Shown: piece after piece, positions 40,364-49,957 of the stretch
Layout of the letters: every line of letters begins with the position of its first letter
How positions within the stretch are numbered: the stretch's first letter is position 1
DNA from: an uncultured archaeon
Lineage (GTDB): Archaea; Asgardarchaeota; Heimdallarchaeia; Heimdallarchaeales; Kariarchaeaceae
Assembly (NCBI GenBank): GCA_964645535.1
Contig: CAZYCQ010000013.1
Location: 1-63,473 of the forward strand
Length of the DNA: 63,473 bases
Direction of reading: 5' to 3'
Notes under the pieces: model-generated
Told to the model about the DNA's origin: nothing
Seen by the model: the letters and a program-made list of their open reading frames with translations, nothing else
Database searches by the model: none
Program-made: the position numbers and the translations under genes

Positions 40364-40606
40364 CTAGTTCATTGAATCCTCAAGCAATCTGATCTGTCGT
40401 TTTCCGATCTCATCACCAGACACATAAACCAGACCTTGAGTCTCCATCTTCATGAGAATGCTGTTTAGTTCGCGGGTGGAAATCTCTTTGTATTTCTTTT
40501 GCAGGGATTTCTTCAGTTCATTCTCAAAGGTGATGCCATGTTTCTTCTTCAGGAAGGTCATGATGGTGGCGATGATGTCGACCGCAGTATAATTTTCACT
40601 CATCAT
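40364..40606 (-). CDS. Small winged-helix-like protein
   Basis: 80 aa; ELNSILMKMETQGLVYV pattern. Confidence 0.6.
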   Translation of the reverse strand: MMSENYTAVDIIATIMTFLKKKHGITFENELKKSLQKKYKEISTRELNSILMKMETQGLVYVSGDEIGKRQIRLLEDSMN

Positions 40607-40718
40607 GGCTCAATTCTCTTCATCTTACAAAAATGAATCGCTTCTGTTCACTCCCCTCTCGACATCTGACAAAAGTAGGACTTCAAAGTAAAGAATGGTT
40701 ATAAAGTGAATTCACCTA

Positions 40719-42239
40719 ATGAATTTGAACAGGAAACTAGGTGTGCTTTACATGAGTGGCGAAACATATATTGACGTACTTGTCTATTCGCGGAAAAAAA
40801 CCTTGGTTGGGCTTCAATTCCTTTTCTTATTGATTGCTCTTGGTCTCTCAATTTTATTGGGTTTTACCCTGAGCAATTACGTTGCAGGTCGTGGGATTCA
40901 AGATAATGCCCTTTCCACCTTGATACTGGTCTTGTACTTCTTTGATCTTTTAGCGGTGATTTTCTTCCTTGACTATTTCTTGTCGATCGGCATTTTCTAC
41001 GAGCTGAAAATCAGAATTGCTGGTGCTGTTATTTTTTTGGGTACGACTTTCTCCTTCCTGTTTTCACTGTTATCGATCAGATATGGCGATTCAATTAATG
41101 TGGAGCTAGTCTCACTTCTTTATTTTGTTTCAGCAATTGCATCAATTGGATCTGGAGTGTATTTCTTAATTAACTCCACGTCCAGAGACTCTGAATCTGA
41201 TATCCGCAAAAGATTCGAAGAAATCAGGCAAAACGTGACACAGATACCAATGGCTTCTTTGAAAGTTGAAAACGCGTTGGATAAGGGGTATCGCTGGATC
41301 ATTAACCAACAACGGGATGATGGAACTTGGGGGGATGTGAAACCTCTTTACGAGACTTCTGAAGTGGGAAGAATGTTCCTGCTGACCAAGAAACCTCCTA
41401 GCTATTCTTGGACTAAAGTCGTGGATGGTGTTGAGGAACTGAGAAATGTTGAGCAGGTCTATTATTTGGTTCTTGAGGCTCTTGAAACTGCCACCATTTC
41501 TGAGACCTACGAATCCTTGGTTCCTCCCCTTTTCACATTGACCGTCAACCACGAAATAATCAATTTTGATGACATTGCAATCTTGGAACAACGTGCCAAA
41601 TTAGCCAATTTCAGTGAATGGGACTTCGTCAGCGAACTAGAAAAGAAAGACATGAAAGGAAAGAAAGAAATTCCCTCTTTGGCGGCATTAGGGCCAGTAT
41701 TGAAATACATGGAAGACTATGAAGGTGCTCAAATTGTTGCAGACATTATTTCTAACACTTTCAACATTATCCTGAGCCGATCTGTCACGCGTTTTTCCAA
41801 TATTGAGGATGATACCGAGATTCCCATGTTCATTATTGGAACACTCTATAATTCCTTGGTCGAAATGATCGAGAGAGAACCTTTTTCCAAACGTCCTGAC
41901 CTTTATGAAGAAAGTGATACCAGTCTTCCCAGCCTTGACTTTGGTCCCACAGTTGATGCAGGTCGAATTACTTCACAGGCTCAATTGATCCGAGTAAGGG
42001 AATATCTGGAGAAAAACCAGGAAATCGACGGATCGTGGGATGGATCCATTGCAGCAACCGCTGAATGTCTAAGGGCTTTAATACATACCGATTCTGTCGA
42101 AAAAGATGCCGCCAAATTGGCAGTTTACTTCCTTTTAGCTCAGCAGAAATCCAACGGATCTTGGAACGACGACATTGTTCTCACCTGTCAAGTTCTGAAG
42201 GCACTTTGGGAAGTCAAATCAAAAATAATCATTGTATAG
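40719..42239 (+). CDS. Membrane protein with prenyltransferase/squalene-oxidase (QW) repeats
   Basis: Four N-terminal TMs; QQRDDGTWG, NQEIDGSWDG, QQKSNGSWND repeats. Confidence 0.75.
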   Translation: MNLNRKLGVLYMSGETYIDVLVYSRKKTLVGLQFLFLLIALGLSILLGFTLSNYVAGRGIQDNALSTLILVLYFFDLLAVIFFLDYFLSIGIFYELKIRIAGAVIFLGTTFSFLFSLLSIRYGDSINVELVSLLYFVSAIASIGSGVYFLINSTSRDSESDIRKRFEEIRQNVTQIPMASLKVENALDKGYRWIINQQRDDGTWGDVKPLYETSEVGRMFLLTKKPPSYSWTKVVDGVEELRNVEQVYYLVLEALETATISETYESLVPPLFTLTVNHEIINFDDIAILEQRAKLANFSEWDFVSELEKKDMKGKKEIPSLAALGPVLKYMEDYEGAQIVADIISNTFNIILSRSVTRFSNIEDDTEIPMFIIGTLYNSLVEMIEREPFSKRPDLYEESDTSLPSLDFGPTVDAGRITSQAQLIRVREYLEKNQEIDGSWDGSIAATAECLRALIHTDSVEKDAAKLAVYFLLAQQKSNGSWNDDIVLTCQVLKALWEVKSKIIIV

Positions 42240-42242
42240 GGA

Positions 42243-43061
42243 TTGACCATGGATTTTTCATGCGAAGTATTCTTGGCTCTTCTTACATTTGTATGTTTGA
42301 CCATCGGAATGATTCAAGACATCCGAACAAGATACACCAGCAATAAACTCTGGTTGACCCAAGGAGGTCTTGGCTTCATCACAATTCTGGTCTGTGGACT
42401 TCTTAACCCTTATGAACCGCTGGAACTGATCGGTATTTTCTTGAATATCGGATTTGCCTTGTTTTTTGGTTTTCTGTTTTTCTATGTTGGCGCTTGGGGT
42501 GCTGGTGATTCAAAAGCTCTTTTTGCACTTGGTTTCTCGACTCCTGTGGTTTTCTCCTTCATTCCAATGGCAATTCCTCCTGAAATGGGTCTTGTCCCCC
42601 TTTTTCTAATAATTCTCAATTTTATTGTTGCAATTGTGATTATTCTTTTTGTTGTGGTTTCGATAAACCTTTTCAATTTAAGAAAATTCGGAAATTGGTT
42701 CAAGGAAACTTCCGGCTCCTTTTTCCATAAGGCAATCCTGATCATGACCGCCTTCCAGGTTCCACCTGCTTCGATCAAAGATGAAAGCTTCCTTGATCCA
42801 GTGGAATCCTATGAAACCGGATGGAAAATCCAATACTCCTTTTTTGGGGATTATGACGAAGATGATGAGGTACTTGAGGCAAGGGAAAGAGAATTGCGAC
42901 AGACGATCAAAACAAAGGCCATTGAAACCGGAAGAAGTTACATTTGGGTTCGACCGCAAATACCCGGTCTTGTTCTGTTTTGGCTAGCCTATGTCATCTG
43001 GTTGATTTATGGGTCGATTGGTCTGCCTCTTTTGAAATCGCTAATTCTCCTAATAAGCTGA
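42243..43061 (+). CDS. Prepilin/prearchaellin peptidase (A24, FlaK/PibD-like)
   Basis: QDIRTR, WGAGDSK (GxGD), C-terminal IWVRPQIP. Confidence 0.88.
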   Translation: MTMDFSCEVFLALLTFVCLTIGMIQDIRTRYTSNKLWLTQGGLGFITILVCGLLNPYEPLELIGIFLNIGFALFFGFLFFYVGAWGAGDSKALFALGFSTPVVFSFIPMAIPPEMGLVPLFLIILNFIVAIVIILFVVVSINLFNLRKFGNWFKETSGSFFHKAILIMTAFQVPPASIKDESFLDPVESYETGWKIQYSFFGDYDEDDEVLEARERELRQTIKTKAIETGRSYIWVRPQIPGLVLFWLAYVIWLIYGSIGLPLLKSLILLIS

Positions 43062-43097
43062 CCAAGATTTTTATCCTGTTCATCACCTAATCAATTC

Positions 43098-45575
43098 ATG
43101 CCTGAAAGATTCAAAACAGTCCAAATGGTTCAAGGTATTTTCTTTATACTCCTTCTTTCCTTGTCCTCTGGGTTTTACATTGGAATGAGGAATGTCGATG
43201 ACAAAAGCCCTACTGTTGTCTATTCCGGTTTGCAAGGAAAGGTTGAGGTATACAGGGATCAGTATGGTATTCCCACAATAATTGCAGACACGTTATCTGA
43301 TTTGGTTTATGCACAAGGATATGAATATGCCCGTGATAGACTGTTCCAACTTGAGTTCTATCGTTCAATCTTGAATGGGGAACTTTCAAGACTTTTTGGA
43401 CCCGCTACTGTTGAAGCGGACATGTTCTTGCGAACGATTGGCTTGAAGAGGGCCGCAATTCAAGTGGCAAATCGAACTGAACCTTTTTACCGAAATATCG
43501 CATCGTCATATGTGCAAGGAATTAATGATTTCATTGATACGCATTTGAACAATTTGCCGCTAGAGTTTCAGATATTGGGTGTTGATCCTAAGCATTGGAC
43601 AATTGAAGATACTTTCGGAATTCATGGCATTCTCGCCTATAATTTCGCCTTTGCTGGTCTATCCAACGAAATCGGGAGATATGAACTAATGAGGAAAGTA
43701 GGGGTTGCAAAATCCTTAGAACTTCTTCCTGTTGAATATGAACCCGCGAGGGAATATCTCCTGTCCTTGAACAAGACAGAGGATATTGTGGAACCTTTGC
43801 CCCTTAAACTTCAATCGTTATCTTCAGGCTCAATTTTAGGTTATTCAGTTCCAGAACCATTTCGTACAATTCTTTTCCCGGACTCAAGGAAGTTTGCTTC
43901 AAACAATTGGGTTATTGCGGGCTCAAAAACCAAGTCCGGCAATCCCATCATTGCCAATGATCCCCACTTAGGTCTTGCTGTTCCCGGACTCTGGTATTAT
44001 GTGACACTTATCGCAAAAGATGTAGGATTGCATGTCCAAGGCTTTTCTCTTCCTGGACTTCCCTTGGTTGGACTAGGTCACAATCAATACATTGCATGGG
44101 GTGCGACTTCTGGGATTGCCGACTCTCTTGATACTTATTACCTGAAAAGAAATCAAACACACTATCTGATCAATAATTCCGAGTGGATTCCTTTTGAACA
44201 AGAAGCTCATCGGATTCCAGTCAGAGGTGAATCGCCTGTTGACTACACTGTGTTGTTGACACAATATGGTCCCATGCTCAATGTAAGTATCGAAGGAATC
44301 GAAACCCAATTGGCACTTCAATGGACATATCTGGAACAGTTTGAACGGAATCTACCCTTTAAGGCAATATATTTGATGAACATTGCGAAAAATGTTGATG
44401 AATTTCATGAAGCCCAAAGATATCTTATCGTTCCCGGTTTTAACTGGGTTGTGGCCGATATTCAGGGAAACATTGCCCTTCATTTGAACGCCCTTGCTCC
44501 AATCAGAACAAGAGGATATGGTCTGATCCCTCAAAATGGGTCTGATGGTGGTGCATTTTGGAATGGATCTATTCCCTTTGAGGAGCAGTATTATGTGAAG
44601 AACCCTTCTGAGGGGTTCCTTCTGAGCGCCAATGAAAGGGTAGATAAAAGGAATGCCTTCTATCTTTCAGAATCCTATGCATTAGGATATCGGGCTAGAA
44701 GGATATCTGAAGTTCTTTCCAGCAACAAGAATTTTCCATATTCCGATCGGAAATGGGATCTCACAATGGTTCACCGACTCCAGGCTGATGTCCGCAATCT
44801 TGTGGCTGAAGATATTCTTGATCCCATCCTTGACAAGCTATTACGTGCTGATTTTTCAACTGTCCTACATCCTGGATTGACACTGCAGGCTGTCCAAATT
44901 CTCGAAAACTGGGATAAGGAAATGGGCATTTCTTCCACTGGTGGTCTGCTGTTCACTACTTTCAGTCTTTTCCTTGTCAATTCCACTTTCTTTGATGAGC
45001 TAGGATGGGAAATGGTCAGGAAACTCCAATATCCGGGTCTCGGTGCAGTTGCCAAATTTCTTTCCACCAATTCATCGCTCTCTTGGTTTGACGACGTTTC
45101 CACAACTGAAATCGAAAATTCGAATGAAATCGCAATTATGGCACTTGGAAAAACGGTTGACTATCTTTCACAAAAATTTGGAAGTGATCCTGATCACTGG
45201 AAATGGGGAACTGCCCACAAAATAGAGTTTGAACATCCTATGGGTGGAATCCTTCCATTTCTTGACATTGGTGGTAAAGGAATGAACGGGACTTCATTCA
45301 CAGTAAACGCACTTGAAGGACCTTGGTTCAGAAGCAATGGTGAAATCCGCTATGACTTTGCATATGGTCCCTCCATGCATTTCACCGCTGAAGTCGAACC
45401 CGGTTGGGAATCTGTTGAAATCAATTACCCACCCGGTGTTTCTGGTAATCCTGCTTCTCGTTCTTATGATAACCTCTATGAAATGTGGAGGAACTTCAAC
45501 TATTTCTCGCCAAGCTTCAATGAGCAGGAAATCAGGGAGGGGCAAAGAAAAACGGTGGTGTACAGAAATGAGTAA
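43098..45575 (+). CDS. Penicillin acylase family Ntn hydrolase (S45)
   Basis: RDQYGIPTI, DRLFQLE, SNNWVIAG..SGNPIIANDPHL, PGVSGNP; N-terminal anchor. Confidence 0.93.
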   Translation: MPERFKTVQMVQGIFFILLLSLSSGFYIGMRNVDDKSPTVVYSGLQGKVEVYRDQYGIPTIIADTLSDLVYAQGYEYARDRLFQLEFYRSILNGELSRLFGPATVEADMFLRTIGLKRAAIQVANRTEPFYRNIASSYVQGINDFIDTHLNNLPLEFQILGVDPKHWTIEDTFGIHGILAYNFAFAGLSNEIGRYELMRKVGVAKSLELLPVEYEPAREYLLSLNKTEDIVEPLPLKLQSLSSGSILGYSVPEPFRTILFPDSRKFASNNWVIAGSKTKSGNPIIANDPHLGLAVPGLWYYVTLIAKDVGLHVQGFSLPGLPLVGLGHNQYIAWGATSGIADSLDTYYLKRNQTHYLINNSEWIPFEQEAHRIPVRGESPVDYTVLLTQYGPMLNVSIEGIETQLALQWTYLEQFERNLPFKAIYLMNIAKNVDEFHEAQRYLIVPGFNWVVADIQGNIALHLNALAPIRTRGYGLIPQNGSDGGAFWNGSIPFEEQYYVKNPSEGFLLSANERVDKRNAFYLSESYALGYRARRISEVLSSNKNFPYSDRKWDLTMVHRLQADVRNLVAEDILDPILDKLLRADFSTVLHPGLTLQAVQILENWDKEMGISSTGGLLFTTFSLFLVNSTFFDELGWEMVRKLQYPGLGAVAKFLSTNSSLSWFDDVSTTEIENSNEIAIMALGKTVDYLSQKFGSDPDHWKWGTAHKIEFEHPMGGILPFLDIGGKGMNGTSFTVNALEGPWFRSNGEIRYDFAYGPSMHFTAEVEPGWESVEINYPPGVSGNPASRSYDNLYEMWRNFNYFSPSFNEQEIREGQRKTVVYRNE

Positions 45576-45978
45576 AGACAAATGGTACATGATCATTGAT
45601 CTTGTGGTTCTAAGTTCAATTGCAGGACTGATTTTATGGTCACAATCAAAAGATATCTTTTCATTCGCAATTCTAGTGGGTGCAATCCTAGGTGTCTTGA
45701 ACATTGGGCTGAATTACCGGAAGGGTTCATTGATCGAAATTTCTTGGATTCGGTTGGCCATTGGTTCCTTGATGGTTTTTGGTTCCATCACAGGTTCCAT
45801 ATTGGCACCATTTCGGATCTCTTCCATTCCTTTTGCATATTATCTTCTCTTGATGGTACTCATGTTGGGTTGGCTCCTTCTTCCTTTAAGGGCAAGTCTT
45901 TCAAAACCTGTTGAATACTTCTCTTTTGATTTGTTGATGCTTGTTTTTTCTGTGATATTAATTGTGCTTTCTTTATAA
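45568..45978 (+). CDS. Hypothetical membrane protein
   Basis: Hydrophobic ORF from MSKDKW, overlapping the acylase stop. Confidence 0.6.
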   Translation: MSKDKWYMIIDLVVLSSIAGLILWSQSKDIFSFAILVGAILGVLNIGLNYRKGSLIEISWIRLAIGSLMVFGSITGSILAPFRISSIPFAYYLLLMVLMLGWLLLPLRASLSKPVEYFSFDLLMLVFSVILIVLSL

Positions 45979-46065
45979 AGAACTTGCTATGAACTTACTG
46001 AAAAACCCTAGGCTACCCTGTGTATTAGTACATATATTTATCAATCAAATTTTGAATGATATAGT

Positions 46066-47559
46066 ATGGAAATTATCCCCTCATTGAATTTCCGTGAATT
46101 TCTGGATTTTTATCGGAAAGGGGATAATCTCGAAGGCTCAATCGCAATAACATTAAATCCACAGGATGTGGATCAATTCCGTGATTTTTTTCTAGATCAT
46201 CACCTTCCTCTCTCCAATTCCATAATTTCCATTGAAAATGGTCCATTGGAATCCTATAGCTTGGAAAAGATGATGCAACGAAAAAAACAATTGGAGGTTT
46301 TGGTCAGTTCAGGAATACGATTTATTGAACTGAAACACCCATTTGATACTTCCCTTCTTTCCAAGTTGCCTGCCTCCATAACTCCAATTCTTGCATTTGA
46401 GGATTTCGAAGGCATTGCAAAAATTGATTTCAATATGATCCTGAAATTGCATCGGAAATATCCCAAACTTATTTTCAAAATAATTGCAACCCCTGAAAGT
46501 ATAGTGGATCTTAACCAATTAATTCTTTGGGGCAAGGAAATGCAAACTAAAGGGATCACCCATGTAATCGTTTGCAATGGGAAATTTTCTTCATTGACTC
46601 CATTTCTTCATACAAAATTGGCCAATGAATTTATTATCTACCGACCCAAGGAATTGACTGATATTCCAATATCCTCGTTCATGCGTTCTAGGATCATTTC
46701 CATTTGTGGGGAAATCCTCCATGAAATCTCCTCAGAGGTCAAGATACAGAAGCAGAGTGATTGCTTTTTCGGCAAGAACCAGTTGGAAACACAGATCGAC
46801 AGATCCTCAAAGAAAATTGCCATCCTTGGACACGAACTCCTTGGAAGCATTGAAGAGGAATTCTTTATTGGTTTTTCGAACCAAACTGGCACCAAACTCT
46901 CTTCTGTCATTGTTCCGATCTACTCCCAAGAGGAAACCAATATTTTCATCCAAGGCTTGGGTCGGGAACTGTTTGATGGCTTTTCGTTTATAGGATCTGA
47001 CCTTCCAAGAATCGAAGGAATTGATATTTTTGACATCTCCACTGCCAAAACAGGAATCACAACCTTTCTTCTCAAAAATAAAAATGAACTGATCAGTTTT
47101 GATACATACCATATCCTATTCGAAAAAATTCTCGAGCCGGTACTGGAACGCGATATTGTCAATATCTACATTGAAGGAGTTAACCCTGTACTCTTTTCAT
47201 TATTGCCAATTTTCCATTCAAAAGCAGACTTGATTAAAATACGGAATCGAAGCAAAGAGAAGTTGGACATTATTACCCAGTATTTCCCAAAAGTTGAACC
47301 AGTCTTTCCAGACGAGAACCACAGTTTCGATGTAGTGATCAATTTTGTTCCGTTCGGTACCCGTGGCCTTCCACATATGCTCCCCTTCTCCAAAAAGGTG
47401 ATGGCGGATGCTTCCCTGATTATTGACTTCACTACCTCTGAGAATTTAACACCTTTGCAACAAGAGGCCTTTTCGCAAGGAAAGACATTTTACACCGGGT
47501 TGGATATCATCGGAAGAAAAAGTTTCATTGAACAGCAGTTGGTTTTCCGCAATATGTAG
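46066..47559 (+). CDS. Degenerate type I dehydroquinase/shikimate dehydrogenase (AroD-AroE)-like fusion
   Basis: FKIIATP, IRNRS, VINFVPFG, IIDF, YTGLDII landmarks in the expected order; many catalytic motifs missing. Confidence 0.65.
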   Translation: MEIIPSLNFREFLDFYRKGDNLEGSIAITLNPQDVDQFRDFFLDHHLPLSNSIISIENGPLESYSLEKMMQRKKQLEVLVSSGIRFIELKHPFDTSLLSKLPASITPILAFEDFEGIAKIDFNMILKLHRKYPKLIFKIIATPESIVDLNQLILWGKEMQTKGITHVIVCNGKFSSLTPFLHTKLANEFIIYRPKELTDIPISSFMRSRIISICGEILHEISSEVKIQKQSDCFFGKNQLETQIDRSSKKIAILGHELLGSIEEEFFIGFSNQTGTKLSSVIVPIYSQEETNIFIQGLGRELFDGFSFIGSDLPRIEGIDIFDISTAKTGITTFLLKNKNELISFDTYHILFEKILEPVLERDIVNIYIEGVNPVLFSLLPIFHSKADLIKIRNRSKEKLDIITQYFPKVEPVFPDENHSFDVVINFVPFGTRGLPHMLPFSKKVMADASLIIDFTTSENLTPLQQEAFSQGKTFYTGLDIIGRKSFIEQQLVFRNM

Positions 47560-47618
47560 ATTTTCTCATTCCCTCTTACTGCCTTTCAAAGAGGAAGGTT
47601 CTAATAGAACCTCATTTT

Positions 47619-48995
47619 GTGAAACCTATGGAAATCCCCCAAAGTACTGATGTTGTCATAGTGGGTGGCGGTCCATCCGGAGTGTTGGCCGCCATTAAAA
47701 TTGCTAAGGATGGTTTTGGTGTTGTTGTTTTCGATAAGAAAAAACGAGAGAAAATCGGCAACAAAAGTTGCGGGGACGCACTTGATAGAGTCGCTCCTGA
47801 CCTGATGAAAAAAGAGTTGGGGATTGAATATCCTCATGGAGATGAGCTTCCCTCCCGTCTGGAACATCTCACTTTTGCATCGCTTAGTCTAAAAAATAAA
47901 CTGACGGCTCACACTCCTGCCTTCATCGTGCATCGGTTGAACTATGGTCAGAGGTTGCTACGAATTGCAGAAGAAAACGGTGCATTGATTGTCGGTGAAG
48001 CAAAGGTCAGGGATGTTATTGTGGAGAAAGACCAAATTGTCGGTGTCAAGTACTTCCATGACAATCAACAAAAGGAAATCCGTTCGAAGATTGTGATTGA
48101 TGCCAGTGGATATGTAGGTACCATTCGGAAACTCATTCCTGATCAAATGAAAAATGGAATAACGTATGAGGTGCCTCCTGAACATACGGTCGCAACCTAT
48201 AGAGAGATCATTCGTTTGGAGCATCCACATGAGTTTCAGGAGGAAATCGTACTGCTTTACCATGATTCCATCCCTATTCCCGGCTATGCATGGATCTTCA
48301 CAGACGGTCCCAAACAATTGAATATCGGTGTAACATGGCCCAAGCATATTTCTTATCCTGAAGGCAAAAGCCTCAAACAGATCTATCATGAGGTGCTTGA
48401 TCCGCTGATAGACCCTAACTCCTATGAGGTTGTCCATCACGGAGGAGGACAAATCCCCATTCGACCCCCCTTTGACTCCCTTGTCTTCAATGGTGCCATG
48501 CTTGTAGGTGAAGCTGGATGTATGGTTGATCCCACCACTGCTGAAGGTCATGGGCCATCATTGCTTTCAGGGTACAAAGCAGGTGTTGCCGCAGTCAAGG
48601 CTCTTCAAGAGGGAGATGTAACAGAAAAGGGATTGTGGTCATACAACAAGGATATTATGACTTATCCAGGTTCCACACATGGAATGAGCTATCAGGCACT
48701 TCAATACCTGAAGGCTGTTGGACCCAAAGGCATGGCATTTTTCCTCAAGAGAAAGGTAGTGACAGAAGAAGACCTGATAGAGTTGTTCCAGAAACGTGAT
48801 TTCGAATTCACATTTTGGATGAAGGTCAAAAAGGTGTTGAAGGTACTTCCAAGAATTGATTACCTCTTCAAGCTAGGGAAAACAATCCAAAAGGTCGAGT
48901 TGGCCGATAAGATCTACAAGAATTATCCGACATCTCCTGATGGATTGAAAGAATGGATTGAATGGAGAAAATCCGCTCTGACAGCTGACTATTAG
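47619..48995 (+). CDS. Geranylgeranyl reductase family flavoprotein
   Basis: DVVIVGGGPSG, KSCGDA, IDASG, PGYAWIF, LVGEAG..VDPTTAEG. Confidence 0.87.
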   Translation: MKPMEIPQSTDVVIVGGGPSGVLAAIKIAKDGFGVVVFDKKKREKIGNKSCGDALDRVAPDLMKKELGIEYPHGDELPSRLEHLTFASLSLKNKLTAHTPAFIVHRLNYGQRLLRIAEENGALIVGEAKVRDVIVEKDQIVGVKYFHDNQQKEIRSKIVIDASGYVGTIRKLIPDQMKNGITYEVPPEHTVATYREIIRLEHPHEFQEEIVLLYHDSIPIPGYAWIFTDGPKQLNIGVTWPKHISYPEGKSLKQIYHEVLDPLIDPNSYEVVHHGGGQIPIRPPFDSLVFNGAMLVGEAGCMVDPTTAEGHGPSLLSGYKAGVAAVKALQEGDVTEKGLWSYNKDIMTYPGSTHGMSYQALQYLKAVGPKGMAFFLKRKVVTEEDLIELFQKRDFEFTFWMKVKKVLKVLPRIDYLFKLGKTIQKVELADKIYKNYPTSPDGLKEWIEWRKSALTADY

Positions 48996-49051
48996 GTGAG
49001 GGGTTTTTTGTACCCCATTAGTATATAACGGTCACTACGGATATACTATTT

Positions 49052-49957
49052 GTGAGAGGAACTGCTATTATCTTCCTGGTGATCCTACTTTTTATCAATG
49101 GTTTCCCCATGATTGATGCTGAAAATGGATCCAACTCAATTATCCTCACCAAAGAGGATACTACTATAAGTATAATTCAATCGGAGGATGTTTATTCCGT
49201 TGACATTCAATCATCCAATGGCATTATTGTCTCTAAGAGCCAAATGTATCAAGCAACTTTCGAATCTTTCGCCAATAAATTAATTCAGTCTTGGCCTCAA
49301 TCCGAGAGCAATTCTGGCTTGTACGTCAATTTGACATATGGAGAAATCCATCTCATGGGCTTTTTGAATCCCAATGAATCAACACATGCTGACGCCTATG
49401 ATATTGCGTCATCAATATTTGAAATATATGTTGGATCCATGTTTGAAGATGCAAGAGTTTGGCCTGTTGATCTCAGCTTGGCTGTTCTTGAAAGTTTTCC
49501 AGAGCAATATCAGGTATCTGCAATAATTCAAAGGGCACCTGATATCTTGGCAGTTGTTTACGAATTCAATGTCTATCTTTTTGCTTGGTCCCTTGCAAAT
49601 GTTTCTGGACTGATTGAACAAAAATCCCCATTGGATCTTCAAAATGCCATAATGGAAGAAACAGTTTCAGGATCGATCAATTCTGGTGGTGGATTTCTAA
49701 TGGTCGATTTTCCCATATTTTCTGTGGGTTCGGAATACAGACCCCAAGACCTTATTTTTGCTGTTGTTGTTGACATGGATGGTGCAATGCTTGTATTTGC
49801 GGAAGAACCATATGGCACTGTTTTGAATTTCTCTTCCATTACCCTCACTTATACGTATCCTGCGGTTACTGAAGCCCCATTGCCAATGGTAGGTTCCATA
49901 TTGTTTGTTATTGTTGCTGTCCCTGTCATCAAAAAGAAATTCAAGTCAGTTTTGTAA
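49052..49957 (+). CDS. Secreted/surface protein with C-terminal membrane anchor
   Basis: Signal peptide; acidic body; tail TEAPLPMVGSILFVIVAVPVIKKKFK. Confidence 0.7.
   Translation: MRGTAIIFLVILLFINGFPMIDAENGSNSIILTKEDTTISIIQSEDVYSVDIQSSNGIIVSKSQMYQATFESFANKLIQSWPQSESNSGLYVNLTYGEIHLMGFLNPNESTHADAYDIASSIFEIYVGSMFEDARVWPVDLSLAVLESFPEQYQVSAIIQRAPDILAVVYEFNVYLFAWSLANVSGLIEQKSPLDLQNAIMEETVSGSINSGGGFLMVDFPIFSVGSEYRPQDLIFAVVVDMDGAMLVFAEEPYGTVLNFSSITLTYTYPAVTEAPLPMVGSILFVIVAVPVIKKKFKSVL

Noticed and set aside
40719-42239. Squalene-hopene or oxidosqualene cyclase
   Set aside because: Too short, only three QW repeats, no DxDD or DCTAE motif
49000-49016. ggggt-tttttgt-acccc hairpin after the geranylgeranyl reductase gene
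   Set aside because: A 5-bp stem; plausible terminator but too weak to call
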